A DNA stretch of 64,000 nt. Source: Podarcis pityusensis. Its lineage: Eukaryota. The notes below the pieces were generated by a model. That model ran no database searches. It was not told the origin of the DNA and saw only the letters and a list, made by a program, of their open reading frames with translations. Location of the stretch: the NCBI GenBank assembly GCA_964106645.2, contig OZ067045.1. One strand, 5' to 3'. Position numbers and translations under genes: made by a program. Positions 1 to 12,786 of the stretch are shown here, piece after piece (within the stretch, counting starts at the first letter, position 1; each line of letters opens with the position of its first letter).

Positions 1-1419
1 ACAAGGGTTAGCCCCACCCCAAATCCCACTTTGTCTATCTCTGCCACAGGAAGTATGTTTGCCAACCAAGCAAACCCCTAATGGTAGCCAGATAAACTAC
101 AGAAACTGCTCACATTCCCAATATTTATACTGAAGAAGAGAGCAACCTCAAATAACATGTAGTTTGAATGACCTCGTATACTTTTAAAGATGGTACTCTC
201 TAATGAAATGTGGGTTTGGTAATGGGAATTGTGTTTTAGCATTTAAACAAGCATTTTCTTTGTGAGCTGAGAACAGAGCAATAGCTTTGGGAAATTGTAA
301 AAGCAGGGGGAGTAGGGAGTCCAAGATTGATAGGATCTCTTTGTGTAAACTGTTGCTAAAACTTTTCTTCTCCTAGGAAAGAAATCTCTGTTTTGGTTTA
401 CGGCTCTATATACCTTTTGTGACATTGTGAAAACCTCATTATGTGTGCCAACCATAATCTCACCAGCAAAGCTGAGATAAAACACGCCACAAATTAAAAA
501 ATATTCTCCGTGTTCCATAGCAACAATATCTGAAGAATTTATTCACAGGTGCAGCCCCTAAACTCTAAAAACATTTTAGGGGGTCCCTGATAAAGAAGGG
601 TTGTATTAATTATGCAGCAAAATGCTGGGACTTTTTCTAAAACAACAACAATAAAATCTTTTCTACAACAATTCCAAATTCCTCTGAGTGACATGTTCAA
701 GTGAATTTGTATTAGATATGGTCGAGCAAACTGCTTGAGGGGCTGGATTAAGACAATTAATTAATTTTTTTGGCACTTAGGTAGCTGAGATGCCATGATT
801 GCTTAGTAATGTCACCAAAGTGCTGTCCATCACGCAGTCCAAAACTATATGGCAGAACCATATTTTTCTTTTTATTCATCATGCATACTAAAGCAGAAAG
901 TGTTTTATTTCCCCCACATAGTCTAGGGCTGGGCTATATCTTTTAGCTCAGGTTTTTTGTTTTCTCCTCTTTGAGGGTGTGTGCATGTGAAAAGAAATGT
1001 CCCTAGAGACTGGTATTTGGGAGAAATAAGTCAGAAATTTGGGGTGGAAATAGTCTGAAAATTCACCAGAAATGTCTCAACCTCCCCCCCCCCAAAAAAA
1101 AACCCCAGCCAATGCGCTCACCTGCTTTTTGAGGGAGGAATTATATTTGGCATGGCTTTCAGATATTCCTTCATAGGACTAGAGTTTTTCTGCTACCTTA
1201 ATGGCTCCCATTTCTCATCTCCTTGGCTCAGTTCAGGCATTTGGCATACTTCTGTGTGATTGCCGATGGAGTCAGTGGTGATCTTACAACGGGGAGTCCC
1301 ATTTTATGGGCAATGTGGGTCTTAGCCCTGCCAAGATTCTTAACCTCTTAGAACATCCATATCCATGGACCAGTCTTTCTCCTGTCACTCACAATAATAA
1401 CCAAGATGATCATGGGTCC

Positions 1420-1794
1420 GGAAGCTGGAAGCCAAACCTTATGAGGAATGGTTGAGGGAACTGAGTATGTTTAACCTTCAAACATCTGAAGGGCTGTCAC
1501 ATGAAAGATGAAGCAAAGTTGCTTGCTGCTGCCAGTGACGTAGCATTGGGGGGGAGGCACGGGGTAGTTGCCCTGGATGCAAAATTGTTAGGGGCACAAA
1601 ATTTCTGATGGTAAGAGATATTTGACAGTGGAGCAGACTCCCTTGGGTAGTGGTGGACTCTTTTTCGTTGAAGGTTTTTAAACAGAGGTTGGATGGCCAT
1701 CTGTCAGGATTCTTTAGCTGGGATTTCTGCATTGCAGGGGCTTGGACGAGATGACCCTGGGGTGTCCTTTCAGTGCTACAATTTTATGATTCTA
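1420..1794 (+). mobile_element. CR1 LINE 3' fragment (end of ORF2 + 3'UTR), with a short foreign GC-rich insert at ~1534-1600
   Basis: Typical CR1 terminal sequence (aaaccttatgaggaatggttgagggaactg ... gaggttggatggccatctgtc ... ggacgagatgaccctggggtgtcctttcagtgctacaattttatgattcta), ending in the CR1 ATTCTRTG-like tail. Confidence 0.85.
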
Positions 1795-2129
1795 CAGTAT
1801 CAAGGCTGAGAAGGGAGGGAATTTCTAGAGAAATAAGTGTGGCTGCAAGGCCCCCTTCTGAATGTTAGATGCTTTTAGATGCTAAGCAATTGCAGAACTG
1901 CACTGTTTAAATGTCTCTTATTTATTTTCAAGGTAAGAAGATGGGGACCTCAAAAGGAGTCAACTCCTTGCTTCCACCTAGGTGTCCCACCAGGTCTAGG
2001 TGCCACCCACCTCCACTGGTGGGATTGAAGTGAGACACCTATTGCATGAACCAGCATTTCTGTGCAGAGGTAGAAGCCACTGCATATCAATCCTGCAAAT
2101 TTGCAAGCAAATAACGTAAGAAGATAATT

Positions 2130-2515
2130 GATGAATCAAGCCAGAGACTCATATGGTCCAGCATCCTGGCCAACTAGAGGTATGTGGGAAGCCTGCAAGC
2201 AGGGCCTGAGCGCAACAGTGTTCTCCCCCACTTGCGATTGCCAGCAACTGGTACTCACTGTCTGCAACAGTGGAAGAGGAACATAGCCATCAGGGTTAGC
2301 AGCCACTTGTAGCTTTATCCTCCTATTGTAAGAGTTGCATAAGGACATAATAAGAGCCTGCTGGATCAGGCCAATGGCTCATCTAGTCCAGCATCCTGTT
2401 CTCACAGTGGCCCATCAGATGCCTGTAGGAAACCCTCAGGCAGGATCTGTGGTTTCCAGCAACTGCATTACTGCCTCCAACATGGTGTCAGAGCACAGCC
2501 ACCAGAGCATAGCTC
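2130..2515 (-). mobile_element. Two adjacent CR1 3'UTR fragments (long-3'UTR CR1 subfamily)
   Basis: ataagagcctgctggatcaggccaatggctcatctagtccagcatcctg is the reverse complement of the 3' end of the plus-strand CR1 at 62610-63075, which is continuous with ORF2 sequence. Confidence 0.7.
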
Positions 2516-2604
2516 AAGCAAATTTCCTGCACTGAATAACCTCAGCTCCTGTGTGCATCATGTATGATGTTTAGAACAGCAAATACATCAGTAGCAGTGC
2601 TACA

Positions 2605-2973
2605 CAGAGCCGTCTTTCCCATTGGGTTTACTGGCGAGGTGCACCAGGGCGTAGGCCTCTCAGGGGCGCCCCAGCAAGTAGGGGAGCGGCACGGCTTTGC
2701 CGGCAGCCTCCCCTTTCCCTCCTGCACGCCCGCCAGCTGTGCCCTGTCAACCATATGGCTGGTGGGCGTGCAGCTTGCCTCCCAAGCCTCCACAGGAGGA
2801 GAGAGATCCCCGCAGAGGCTTAGGATGGAAGCTACGCCCCACCAACTACATGGCTGGTGGGCATGCAGCTTCCTTCCCAAACCCCTGCGGGAGGCTTGGG
2901 AGAAGGTCGACAACTTTGGGAAATTGGGGAGGATCTTTGCACCACGGCGCCGGATATGCTTAAGACAGCCCTG
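2605..2973. mobile_element. Non-autonomous hAT-type DNA transposon (MITE)
   Basis: Perfect 8-bp TSD gtgctaca (2597-2604, 2974-2981); TIRs cagagccgtctt / aagacagccctg (10/12 match). Confidence 0.88.
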
Positions 2974-3784
2974 GTGCTACAGACCACCTATTAGGACCCC
3001 AGTCATCCTGAGAAGGCCCCTTAGGTTTAGCAACCCCAATGCACCTCAATCTCTGTCTCCAGCAGCAGTTATGTCCACCAGGCTTTTCTGCATGGGCAGT
3101 TTCCTAAGCCCCTAACCTTCCAGTATTGCTTCCCTGCACTCTCTGCATTCTCATTAAGACCTGCTGCTTCTCGAGTCTCCACTCCAGATGTTGTCAAACC
3201 AAACATTAATGTGGCTGCTGTTCTCTGCCGTGCCTAATTGCTCATCTTCCCAGAGTTCTCCCCAGCAAAATTAATCTTCCATTGCATCATTTGTATCTTA
3301 AAAGCATCCTAAAATATTTACTCTAGCATTTGTCATTTTATCACTCTTAATTCCGTCGCCTTCTCTTTTTTTCCAGGAGACGGCATGGTGCGCTTATCAT
3401 TTATAATCTGCCCAGGCCTATCTGAGATTATTTACAACCCAAGGCACCTACGTAGGAGATATTCCCAGTACTGTAGTGCAGATATCCTACCAATTAGAAT
3501 AATGAGGAATATCGCACAATGCAAAGCAATGGGAGCTTTTCGATCAAAACAACAGCAAATGCATTTTGTTGTTTGGAGCCTGGTTGTGCAGTGGGGTGCC
3601 CTGCTGTTATTGAGTGCCGGGGTGGTCATGTGACTTTGCAGAAAATAGTCCTCTATTTGAAGAGGCCTACTGCCTGGAGGGGCTGTTTCTGGTCCAAGCC
3701 CATTTTTTTAAAAAATTAAGAACCTTAAGAAGAGAGAGCAATGGGGCCCTTGAATTTGCCCATCAACATAGAGATGCACAGGGT

Positions 3785-3930
3785 GCAAAGCAAGCTACCT
3801 TCTACTGAGTCAGGCCATTGGTCCTTCTGGCTCAGTACTGTCTATACTGCCAGTCAGTAGATCTTGAGGGTTTCAGGCAGGGCTCTCTCCCAACAATATG
3901 TGGAGATGTTCTGCCACTTAGCTGTAGCCT
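3785..3930 (-). mobile_element. Degenerate tRNA-derived SINE
   Basis: Reverse complement resembles the copy at 37265-37420 (gaaacc..cagtcagtgtagacaa..ctgagctagatggaccaatgg). Confidence 0.55.
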
Positions 3931-4027
3931 TTCACCATAGCACTGGAGAGCAGACAGAGCAGGCACTCAGGTCCCCCGCTCACCCTCCATCTAAATTCTG
4001 TCTAAATTATCATCCATACATCTAAAT

Positions 4028-4328
4028 TAGGGTTGCCATATTTCAAAAAGTGAAAATCTGGACACAAAAGTTTTTGAGCCAAAGTTGTTGAACTGTTTTT
4101 GTGTGTGTGGTTTTTTTTTTTTTTTTGGTTTTTTTTTTGGCAAAAATCTCTTTTAAAAAATGAAGTTTTTCAGCTACTTTTAAGGAGATTTGCCAAAATT
4201 CAGACTTCCAACATGGGTTGCCATACATCCGGATTTTCCCAGACATATAAGAGATTTTTGCCCAGACACAGCTTCCAACCGCTGTATTACGGCTGTGTCC
4301 TGGAAATTTTGGACATATGGCAGCCCTG
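4028..4328. mobile_element. hAT-type MITE (TAGGGTTGCCATA family)
   Basis: TIRs tagggttgccatat / atatggcagccctg; the same family occurs at 17151-17333; TSD not clean. Confidence 0.75.
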
Positions 4329-5500
4329 AAAATTAGCACATGGAATTTTTCTCCAAATCTGTGTTGTCTTTTGGCCTCTTTTTAAATGCATTTCCTCTTT
4401 CTGTTGATGAATGAGGGGCCAGCCTCCTGACTTCCAATTCTAAACAGCAGCAGCCAATGAAGGGTAGCCACTGATAGCCAGCAAATTCAATTTTCTGAGT
4501 GCCAGTCCTTACATAGCCAAATTACCACTATCCGCACCCAAGAGAAACATTTCAGAAGACATGTGGGAGGGACCTCTCAAAGTTTGCAAATTTACAAAAA
4601 AGGGAAAATATCTAATGGGGCAGAGAACCACAAAGCCATTCAAATAAGGACTGAGCACACATAGTGGCCCCGGAATGCAAGCTGATAATTTGAGAGGAGA
4701 GTGAAAAGTGGGTGTATGTAGAATGCAGTATTCTAGGAGACAGTGTATTTGATTGGCTGCCTGGCCAGACCCCTGAACAGGAGCACTCAGCAGTGCAATA
4801 TTTTGAGTAGCAAATTGAGTTACAAACAATACTGGATTAGTAGAGCATACCAAGCAGAATCTATAATCCAGTTGCCCTCTTGAGAGACCTCCCTCTGTGC
4901 TCTTGAAATTGGCTGGGAGGACCAGCTCTTGGAAACTTGTGTACAAAAATGAAGAGCATTGATTGATACATTTGGCCATGAGTCATCTGAAGTCTCTGAC
5001 TCTTGGGGGAGCTACAATGCCAGCTCACATATAGATTTTTCTAAACACAGATAATAGACATCAAAAGCATCTGGGTGTTTTTTTCCCCTTTCCCCTCTCA
5101 AAAAACTGCCAGGACACACTTTAATCTTCCTTTATATCTTGAATTTTAATACCTTCAAAGAACACAGACTTGAACTCTTCATCCATTTAAGCAATTTCAT
5201 CACATGTTGAAGGCACTCCACAGGTAGTACTGATCTGTTCTTTTTCTCTAGCCTTAAAGGAGTGAATTTCCCCCCCTCCAATCATGATATGACTTTCTTC
5301 ATGGGGGTTTTCTCCCCCCACCCACCATGAAAGGGGCTTCTGTTTTTCTGTCTAGTTCAGAGAATACTTTTGAATTTTTGAAAATATTTCTTTACAGTTT
5401 TGCCCGCTATAGGGTGACTTTACCCAACAGTGGCCATTATACATTCATCCAACACTCTACAGCCTCTACCTGCAGTGTCCAACCCTTCCTGATCTGAAAA

Positions 5501-5877
5501 GGTATGCTGTTGGAGCTGTGGTCTAAACCACTGAGCCTCTTGGGCTTGCTGATCAGAAGGTCGGCAGTTCGAATCCGTGTGATGTGATGAGCTCCCGTTG
5601 CTCTGTCCCAGCTCCTGCCAACCTAGCAATTCAAAAGTATGCCAGTGCAAGTAAATAAATAGGTACTGCTGCAGCGGGACGGTAAATGGTATTTCTGTGT
5701 GCTCTGGCTTCCATCACAGTGTCCTGTTGTGCCAAAAGCAGTTTAGTCATGCTGGCCACATGGCCTGGAAAGCTGTCCGTGGACAACTCCCTAGGCCTGA
5801 AAGCAAGATGAGTGCCGCAACCCCATAGTCGCCTTTGACTGGACTTAACCGTCCAGGGATCCTTTACCTTTACCTTA
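5501..5877 (+). mobile_element. Sauria SINE (Squam1), older subfamily
   Basis: tRNA-like head with B box (gttcgaatcc), Sauria core, (ACCTTT)n tail; flanking direct repeat tgatctgaaaa (5490-5500, 5879-5889). Confidence 0.93.
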
Positions 5878-7059
5878 TTGATCTGAAAAAGGCTCATGGG
5901 AAGGCTCATGTCATTTTAGTATGTATATTTGTTTTAAATCTGCTGGTTTTATTTATATTTTGATAAATTTTGTGTAAATTTGTTTTTAATGATTGAGTTC
6001 TCTTGCATTTTTGTAATGAATATTTTGTTTTATGTAAAGTTTGTTGTTGATTAAAAAGTATTTAAAGCTTGTAAAACAAAGTGATAAATATGATATAGTT
6101 TTAGTGCTTTTGTCGGCTGGAATGTGTTGATTCCTTTTACTTGTCTGCATTGAGGATGGAGAGATGTGGTTATAGAAGATTTTGACTTCTGCATTAGCTG
6201 CAACGCAGCCTGTTGTACAGAGGTCAGAATCCCATCCCTTGCTCCACCCCTTTTTCCTCTGGCCCCGCCCACTGCTGGCATGCAGCCACTGGCAGGTTCC
6301 CCCATGAAGGAATGCAGCTCTCAGGCTGGAACAGATAGTGAAAGGATAGCAAAAAGGGGCCAGGGCACAGCTCATTAAACTTGAGAAAACAGGAGCCAGG
6401 AGTGCACAGTGATGAAAGGAAAGCCAATAAATGAAAGAATAATAGGACATTGATCAACCCTTTATCTCAGCAGGGTGACTAAGTCCGCTGTCGCCAAACA
6501 TGTCATTGCTGAGCCATTTGATTAAATACAAGAAATAGGCTGGGATGGATGGAAGTGTTTAGCTCCTGTCAGCAAGTATGGACAAAAGGAGATAAGGAAA
6601 CCTATTGAAATGGTAAGAAGAGTTCACAGCTCTGGGCAAAAAGCTGAAAATATAAAGTTTGTTATCCTCTACGTTCCTTTTGTTGTTGTGCAGAATTTGC
6701 ATGCAATTTCCCACTCCTGCCGTTGCCTTCCATATTAGTGGGGCAAATAACAGTTCTTTTCTCCCCCCCCCCCACTTTTGCATGGAGAATAATTTAACAG
6801 CTTAAAACTTAACAGGAGACAATAATATCCAGCAAGGAAATAAAATGGTTGCATACAAAACTGCAGATGGTCTGAGTGGATTGGGATAGATCTCTTTTTT
6901 CTGCACAATTCATTGCTGCTCTGCTGAGACACAATGTATTTATTGAAAGCTCCACTATCACCACTAAAACTCCCTTAGATACTCTTCCACCATCTTTGAT
7001 TGTACCAACTGTTCTGCCCTCTGTAGCAATGCCTAAATGCCTTTTCTGCTTGACCCATG

Positions 7060-7247
7060 CTTTCTAGGAACTGGTCTGAGCAGTTTTCCCCTTGCCTAGC
7101 TGCTTTTACCAGGGGAAACTTGCTCTTATATCGGAGCAAACATTAATCCAGAGAAAGCCCCAATTGCTGTTTGCTCCAGTTGAATGCTAAAGAGAATTTT
7201 CCCCAGGGGAAAGCGATGGGACAAGAGGAAGTGGGGATGAGCCCTAA
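7060..7247. mobile_element. Degenerate palindromic MITE related to 39050-39321
   Basis: ggagcaaac..gtttgctcc internal inverted repeat; ends ggggatgagccctaa. Confidence 0.45.
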
Positions 7248-7429
7248 GTTATGTTGTCCTTACGTCCTATTCCATTCATTTGAATGCAAAGGGAGAGCAA
7301 TGCAAAGATGATCAATTGTGTATCATTTGCAGACTGAAAGCAGCAACAACAATGAATTCAGATGGATTTCTTCTCTGTACATGGGATGAATAAGTGAACG
7401 CTGGCAATTTCCATTCCTGTTATCATCAG

Positions 7430-7750
7430 AACATTAGAAGAGCATGCAAGCAGGATTCAAGCACAAGAGTGCTCTTCCCCCTCCCCCTGTGGTTCCAGCA
7501 ATGGGTATTCAGAAGCATTACTGCTTCCGACCATGGAGACAGAACATAGTCATCATGGCAAGTGACCATTGATAGTTCTGTCCTCCATAAATCTGTCCCA
7601 TCCTCTTTGAAAGGTATCTAGACTGGTGGCCATCACTGCCACCTGAGGGAACTGCCACCTGAGTATAAGCTGCATGAAGAAGTACTTTCTCATCTGTCTC
7701 GAGTCTTTCAACATTCAGCTTCATTGGCTATCCATGAGATCTAGCATTAG
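7430..7750 (-). mobile_element. CR1 3' fragment
   Basis: ggtattcagaagcattactgcttccgaccatggag ... gtggccatcactgcc ... gaagaagtactttct..tctgtc..gagtctttcaacattcagcttcattgg. Confidence 0.75.
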
Positions 7751-8565
7751 GTTTCCCACCCCCCTCTCTTCTCTATTTCATTGGAATTCTCAGGCACCTG
7801 TAGCCTCCAGTGCCATTACCAAAACAAAAGCTCACTCTCATCTTACCTCGTCTATGAATCCTGCCCAAGTGGGGATATTTAGACATCATTTCAGTTTCAG
7901 CTGAGGGCGAACACTAAGGGGTTTAGCCAAGAACTTAACTGAAGATGTGGGTTTATAGGAGGATGGAAAAGAGAACATAATATAGTTTTTATGGCAAGGT
8001 ATTTCAGGCATAAGGGCAGCAAATGACAATGGGCGAAGGTCATTGCTCTTATTGTCATTGTCTTGAAGCTTGCGTTTTGCCTTATGTGCAATTGTACAGA
8101 AACACTGGCCCTAGATCATCTAGCATTCATGGCTTCAGCTCGGAGCTAACTTGCCGACGACACACTGAAGTAGAGTTTACCTTTGGTATAGCCTCTTCCA
8201 TGACCTTGCTGTAAGTTATCACCATAGTTCCACTCACATTGCTGCTGTCTTTTGAAAAAGACCAGGGACTGTTCATCAAGTAGCTATTAAGGCAAATTTG
8301 TTTTCCTTTATTTGAACAGCTGCTATGTAATAAAATTCATTACACTTGGTTGAGTCTCTCTCCATATAGCTAAGTGCTGTGTTTAGAGACTTGCAATGCA
8401 CACATGGGGCGGTGCGGGGGGAGTGTTAATACGCCTGCTTCCTGCACGCCAGGGACACACTCTGTCAGGAGCTGGTTGCAGGGCATCAGAAATACAGAGG
8501 CAATTAAATGGAGTGTTGATTTGCTATCTGTAAGGATCCTGTTTGGATTCCTGTTGCTGATACTA

Positions 8566-8799
8566 CAGTGGTACCTCGGGTTAAGAACTTAATTCGTTCT
8601 GGAGGTCCGTTCTTAACCTGAAACTGTTCTTAACCTGAGGTACCACTTTAGCTAATGGGGCCTCCCGCTGCCGCCACGGTGCAATTTCTGTTCTCATCCT
8701 GAAGCAAAGTTCTTAACCCGAGGTACTATTTCTGGGTTAGCAGAGTCTGTAAGCTGAAGTGTCTGTAACCTGAAGCGTCTGTAACCCGAGGTATCACTG
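8566..8799. mobile_element. Tc1/mariner (Tigger/pogo-like) MITE
   Basis: TA TSD on both sides; TIRs cagtggtacctcgggtta / taacccgaggtatcactg; repeated subterminal ttcttaacctga motifs. Confidence 0.92.
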
Positions 8800-9356
8800 T
8801 ATATGCATTGTAAACACACACAAATACAGTAGTTGTTGCATCACATAGCTGGACTGAGTAGCTGCCCTGGGTGTCTGTAGGGCTAAACAAGCCCAGTTCC
8901 AGAGTCAGTATGATCATTAATATACCCTTCTTGGTGTTCTTTGGCTGCTTAGGAGAATAGAAGGGTGCTTATAGAAAGTTCACTCTTTTTTGGTCAGCAC
9001 TGCAGGGTAATTGAAGGGGGATGTGAATCCCTGATCTCAACAAGCCTGCACACACTGGTGGTCTTCAGTCAATGCTAAATAAGAAAGTGCCTGAGGTACT
9101 TTGCTGACTGGCTAGCCAGCAAAGAAACTGTGTTGGAGTGGATATGCAGTCAGCAACCATGCTGTTACTCATGGTTGACTAATAAAGTGTCTGCTTCCAC
9201 TGCTGCCTCCCGCTGGATACAACCAAAGGAAGACATTCACCTCCTCTCTTGATCATCCCCACTGTGGTGACTGGCAATTTCTACTACCAAACCCTTACCT
9301 GGATATAATGCTCCAACTGGTGAACACTCTACTTAGCTAACTTTGATTCCAACACA

Positions 9357-9413
9357 GAAGAAGAAGAAGAAGAAGAAGAAGAAGAAGAAGAAGAAGAAGA
9401 AGAAGAAGAAGAA
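9357..9413 (+). repeat. (GAA)n microsatellite, ~19 units
   Basis: Direct reading. Confidence 0.98.
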
Positions 9414-10109
9414 ACAGCTTCTAGCTTATGTTCTATTGCCTAGTAGATAGACAGGAAATCCTTCTTTCTCTTGGGATGGAGAGAAGAACATCTGTATTTC
9501 CTACTATATTCTGGTCCATGGAACAGGCAAGGATGCTCAGGAAGAAAACAGGCTGTTTTTTAAAAGTGCCTTTGCTTAACCACACAGGAAAAGTCACATA
9601 ACTTCAATGGGAAGATGCAAAACCACAGAGGATATGAAAAAGCCAGGAACACCACAAATGAAAGGTGGAGTTTTAATGGTATCCCAAAACTTTATTATCA
9701 CCTGGACAGCATGCATCTAAATGCCAATACTAGCTAAATACTAGACCTTGGGCCAACCACACCTCTGTTCTGCATTTGCCCATCTCTCAACACTGCATAA
9801 GCATTTGGACTGACATTCCTGAAGAGAGAGAGAGAGAAAAAACATTTCTTTTACAGTGCTTGGGAGCAATATTTAATTTCTTGCTAACTAATGGAGTTGC
9901 AGTGTGAACAGATGATAGTTGTCTGAGATTGATCAGCTGGCTTGAACAGCATGTTGCTTTTGTTCCGCATTCATCTAAACTGTAAGGAAATCAATTGAAG
10001 GGACCCGTCCCAGATTCTGGATCAAGATATGAACCTCTCTCTAGAATCCTTTTTATTTCAAAAGAATGTCAGCAAGAGAGGTTTTATTGTTGACTTATAA
10101 AGCCCTAAA

Positions 10110-10265
10110 CAACTCAGGATGAGCTTATCTGAAAGACTGCCACAGAGACCTGACTGTTTGTTGAGATCTCCAGATGAGGGCCTCTTGCTTGGACCACAGC
10201 CTGCTGAGAGCTATCGTCCGACAACTTGAGGGAGGGGCTTCTCCATGGTGGCACCCAGTTTGTAT
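10110..10265 (+). mobile_element. L2 LINE fragment (end of ORF2)
   Basis: ttgagatctccagatgagggcctctt ... gggaggggcttctccatggtggcaccc, the L2 'R-A-F-S-V-V-A-P' region. Confidence 0.5.
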
Positions 10266-10489
10266 CTTCTCCTCTCTGAAACAAGGGAAGTGCCAATTCT
10301 GATAAGTTTTTGGCAATTGCTAAATATTGACTCGGGCAACTGCTAGCCATTAATACCAAGCTTCTATAGTAATTGCATTCTTTACTGTGGAGATTGATGG
10401 ATTTATTGTATTTTAAAGCACGAGTTTTACTGATAATGTATCTGCTAACAGCAGAACAAAATCTGCTCACTCCATCAAGAGCCTAGGGG

Positions 10490-10780
10490 TAAAGGTAAGT
10501 CCTTAACAGGCACAGAAATGTCATCAGATGCCCTAGGTGGGCTCACAAAGAAGAGCATTCCATAGATGAGGAACCACAGCTGAAAATACCCTGTCCCTTA
10601 CACTCCTGCAAGCCTCCATCAGAAGAAGGACTCAGACTCAGATGAAGATCTACGGGTCCAAGTAGGTTCATATATTTGTCAAGATGTTCCAGAAGACATT
10701 GAGGACCTGTGCCACGACGAGCTTCATGGGTCAAAGTCAGCACTTTGAATTGGGCTCCAAAGTGTACAGTAAGTTAAATA
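10490..10780 (-). mobile_element. L2 LINE fragment
   Basis: gagcattccatagatgaggaaccacagctgaaaataccctg ... cagcactttgaattgggctcc. Confidence 0.6.
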
Positions 10781-12019
10781 GCACTCCTTACCATCTAGAG
10801 ATGCCATCCTCCATAAGTCTATAAAGTCCAGGGTCTGAAATGACCTAATGGCACCTCTGATTGTGTTGCTGAAATAAGCACAAAGCCATCCTTCTGCACT
10901 TCTAAGCTGATATTCTGAGGCCTGATTGTTGCACCCCTGCCCCATATCTTCCCCACTTCCCCAGCCATTGTGGGAAGGGCTTTTGCCAGTACATAGACCT
11001 GAACTGCCTGGCAAGTTTGCCTAGGGTGCCAACGTCCATGAAGCTAGCCTTGCAGCAGACAGATACAATAGAGTTAAAACATGACCTCTTCCCTCTTTCC
11101 TTGTTAGCAAGTGCTTATATTCCAAAATGAGATGCAATGTGAGAAGGAGAATGTATAATTTAACTACTTTTGCTATACTCCATCGCAAAGCAATTACATA
11201 AAGATTAATTAGCAAGCTCCCCAAACAGTAGTAAGCTGCAAAGTAGTTTAATTAAATACCATTATCTCTGGAATCAGCAAGTTAATAACACAGTTGCCAG
11301 TATAGTAAGAAACCACACGGCAACCAAACCTGAAATAAGGCAACAGAGAAAGGACTTTGTCGTGCAATTATTTTGTTTTGTTAAGCCGTTGCATCTACGA
11401 GGACTGGTTAATTAAGTTCTAGCGCTCTTCATCCAAATGCAGAGTGGGGAGGTGGGAGATCCCCTGAATTCCTCTAGCTCAATGTTTTGCAATGAGGGAA
11501 AGCCCTCATTGTAATTTTATTTTTTATAACATATATATTAAAGTGAATGGCTTCATTTTGGAGAAATTTTAGATTAACTTGTTTTTAACAATTGATTTTG
11601 TCTGTAATTCTGCATTTTACAGAAATCACTTAAAGGTTTTGATGATTAAGTGGTATATTTAACAAATCCCAGTGGTCGTGGCAGCAGCTGCTACTATCCT
11701 CACTGGTGGAGAAGTTACAAGCAAAATACAGGTGTCTCACCACCACCACCACCTCCTCCTCAATGAATGGAGCTAATAACAGTTTAATCAAGAAAACAGC
11801 ATGGGAAGGAATTAACCCCCCCTGCTGTTCTTCTGCCCAAGCCAACCCACCCCCTTCCAGCTGTTTTTAAAACTATAAATGTTATGAGATCCCATCTCAG
11901 ATCTCCTGGATCATGTATATTCTGGTCTCAGGTCCCAATCAAACCAATAAAACAAGTTGGTAATGAATAATTGAGCCAGGTTCAAGGTCCTTGTATTAAT
12001 TCACAAACACTGAACAACT

Positions 12020-12460
12020 TAGGTACCTCGCAGATCTCAACCCTTATATCTCAGTTTCATCACTGAGATCATCTGCAGAAGCACCATTGGTCATCCCAAA
12101 AGTTGGTGAGGCTCATCCAGAAACAGGGGCCTTTAGTGTCATCTGGAATGAGCTGCCAATAGAGATTTCAGCAGGCACTTCCCTTTTCAACTTTTAAACG
12201 CCAGCTGAAAACTTTTCTATTCCATCAGACTTACTCAGGCAATTAAAGGTACATCCTTCCAAAACAGTTAGCTGGTTTCTGATTTTACCTTTTAAATGTG
12301 GTTTTTATTGTATTGTTTTGTGTATAGAAATTTAATAAATTATAATACATGGAGTTTTTTTGTTATTATAGTATGTCTTTTTGTGTTATTATATTGTAAA
12401 CCGCCCTGTGATCTTCAGATGAAGGGCAGCATAGAAATTTAATTAAGAACAACAATAATA
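12020..12460 (+). mobile_element. L2 LINE 3' end
   Basis: ggcctttagtgtc..tggaatgagctgcc..ttttaaacgccagctgaaaacttttctatt, then the L2 tail tgtaaaccgccctgtgatcttcagatgaagggcagcatagaaat. Confidence 0.75.
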
Positions 12461-12786
12461 CCATTGATGTAAACAGCTTTGATACTTTTAAAAAATGAAA
12501 TAGTGGTATTTAACCCCCCCCCCCCGAACTAAATAGTACCCTGAGCCCCATCACTGCCAATGGGGTATAATTATTCTTGGTTTGGGATCTGGACCCAAAT
12601 GCATAAAGCAACGTATATCTTGGAGCATTGCAACCCCCCACTGCATCTCCTATGAGACCTGGAAATGACTAAACTGGTAGTCAGAATTATAAATATCAGT
12701 ACTATGAGAATTATAAATCTCAGTAGTATGATATACTCATAATTTCACTCACTCAAAAACAGATTCATATGGCAATTTAATAACAT

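Noticed and set aside
2542-3115. 183-aa and 123-aa ORFs
   Set aside because: Mostly inside a TSD-flanked non-coding MITE
3361-3560. Acceptor-like tract (ttctcttttttttccag) followed by the 82-aa ORF at 3385
   Set aside because: No recognisable protein or clear donor; more likely non-coding unique sequence
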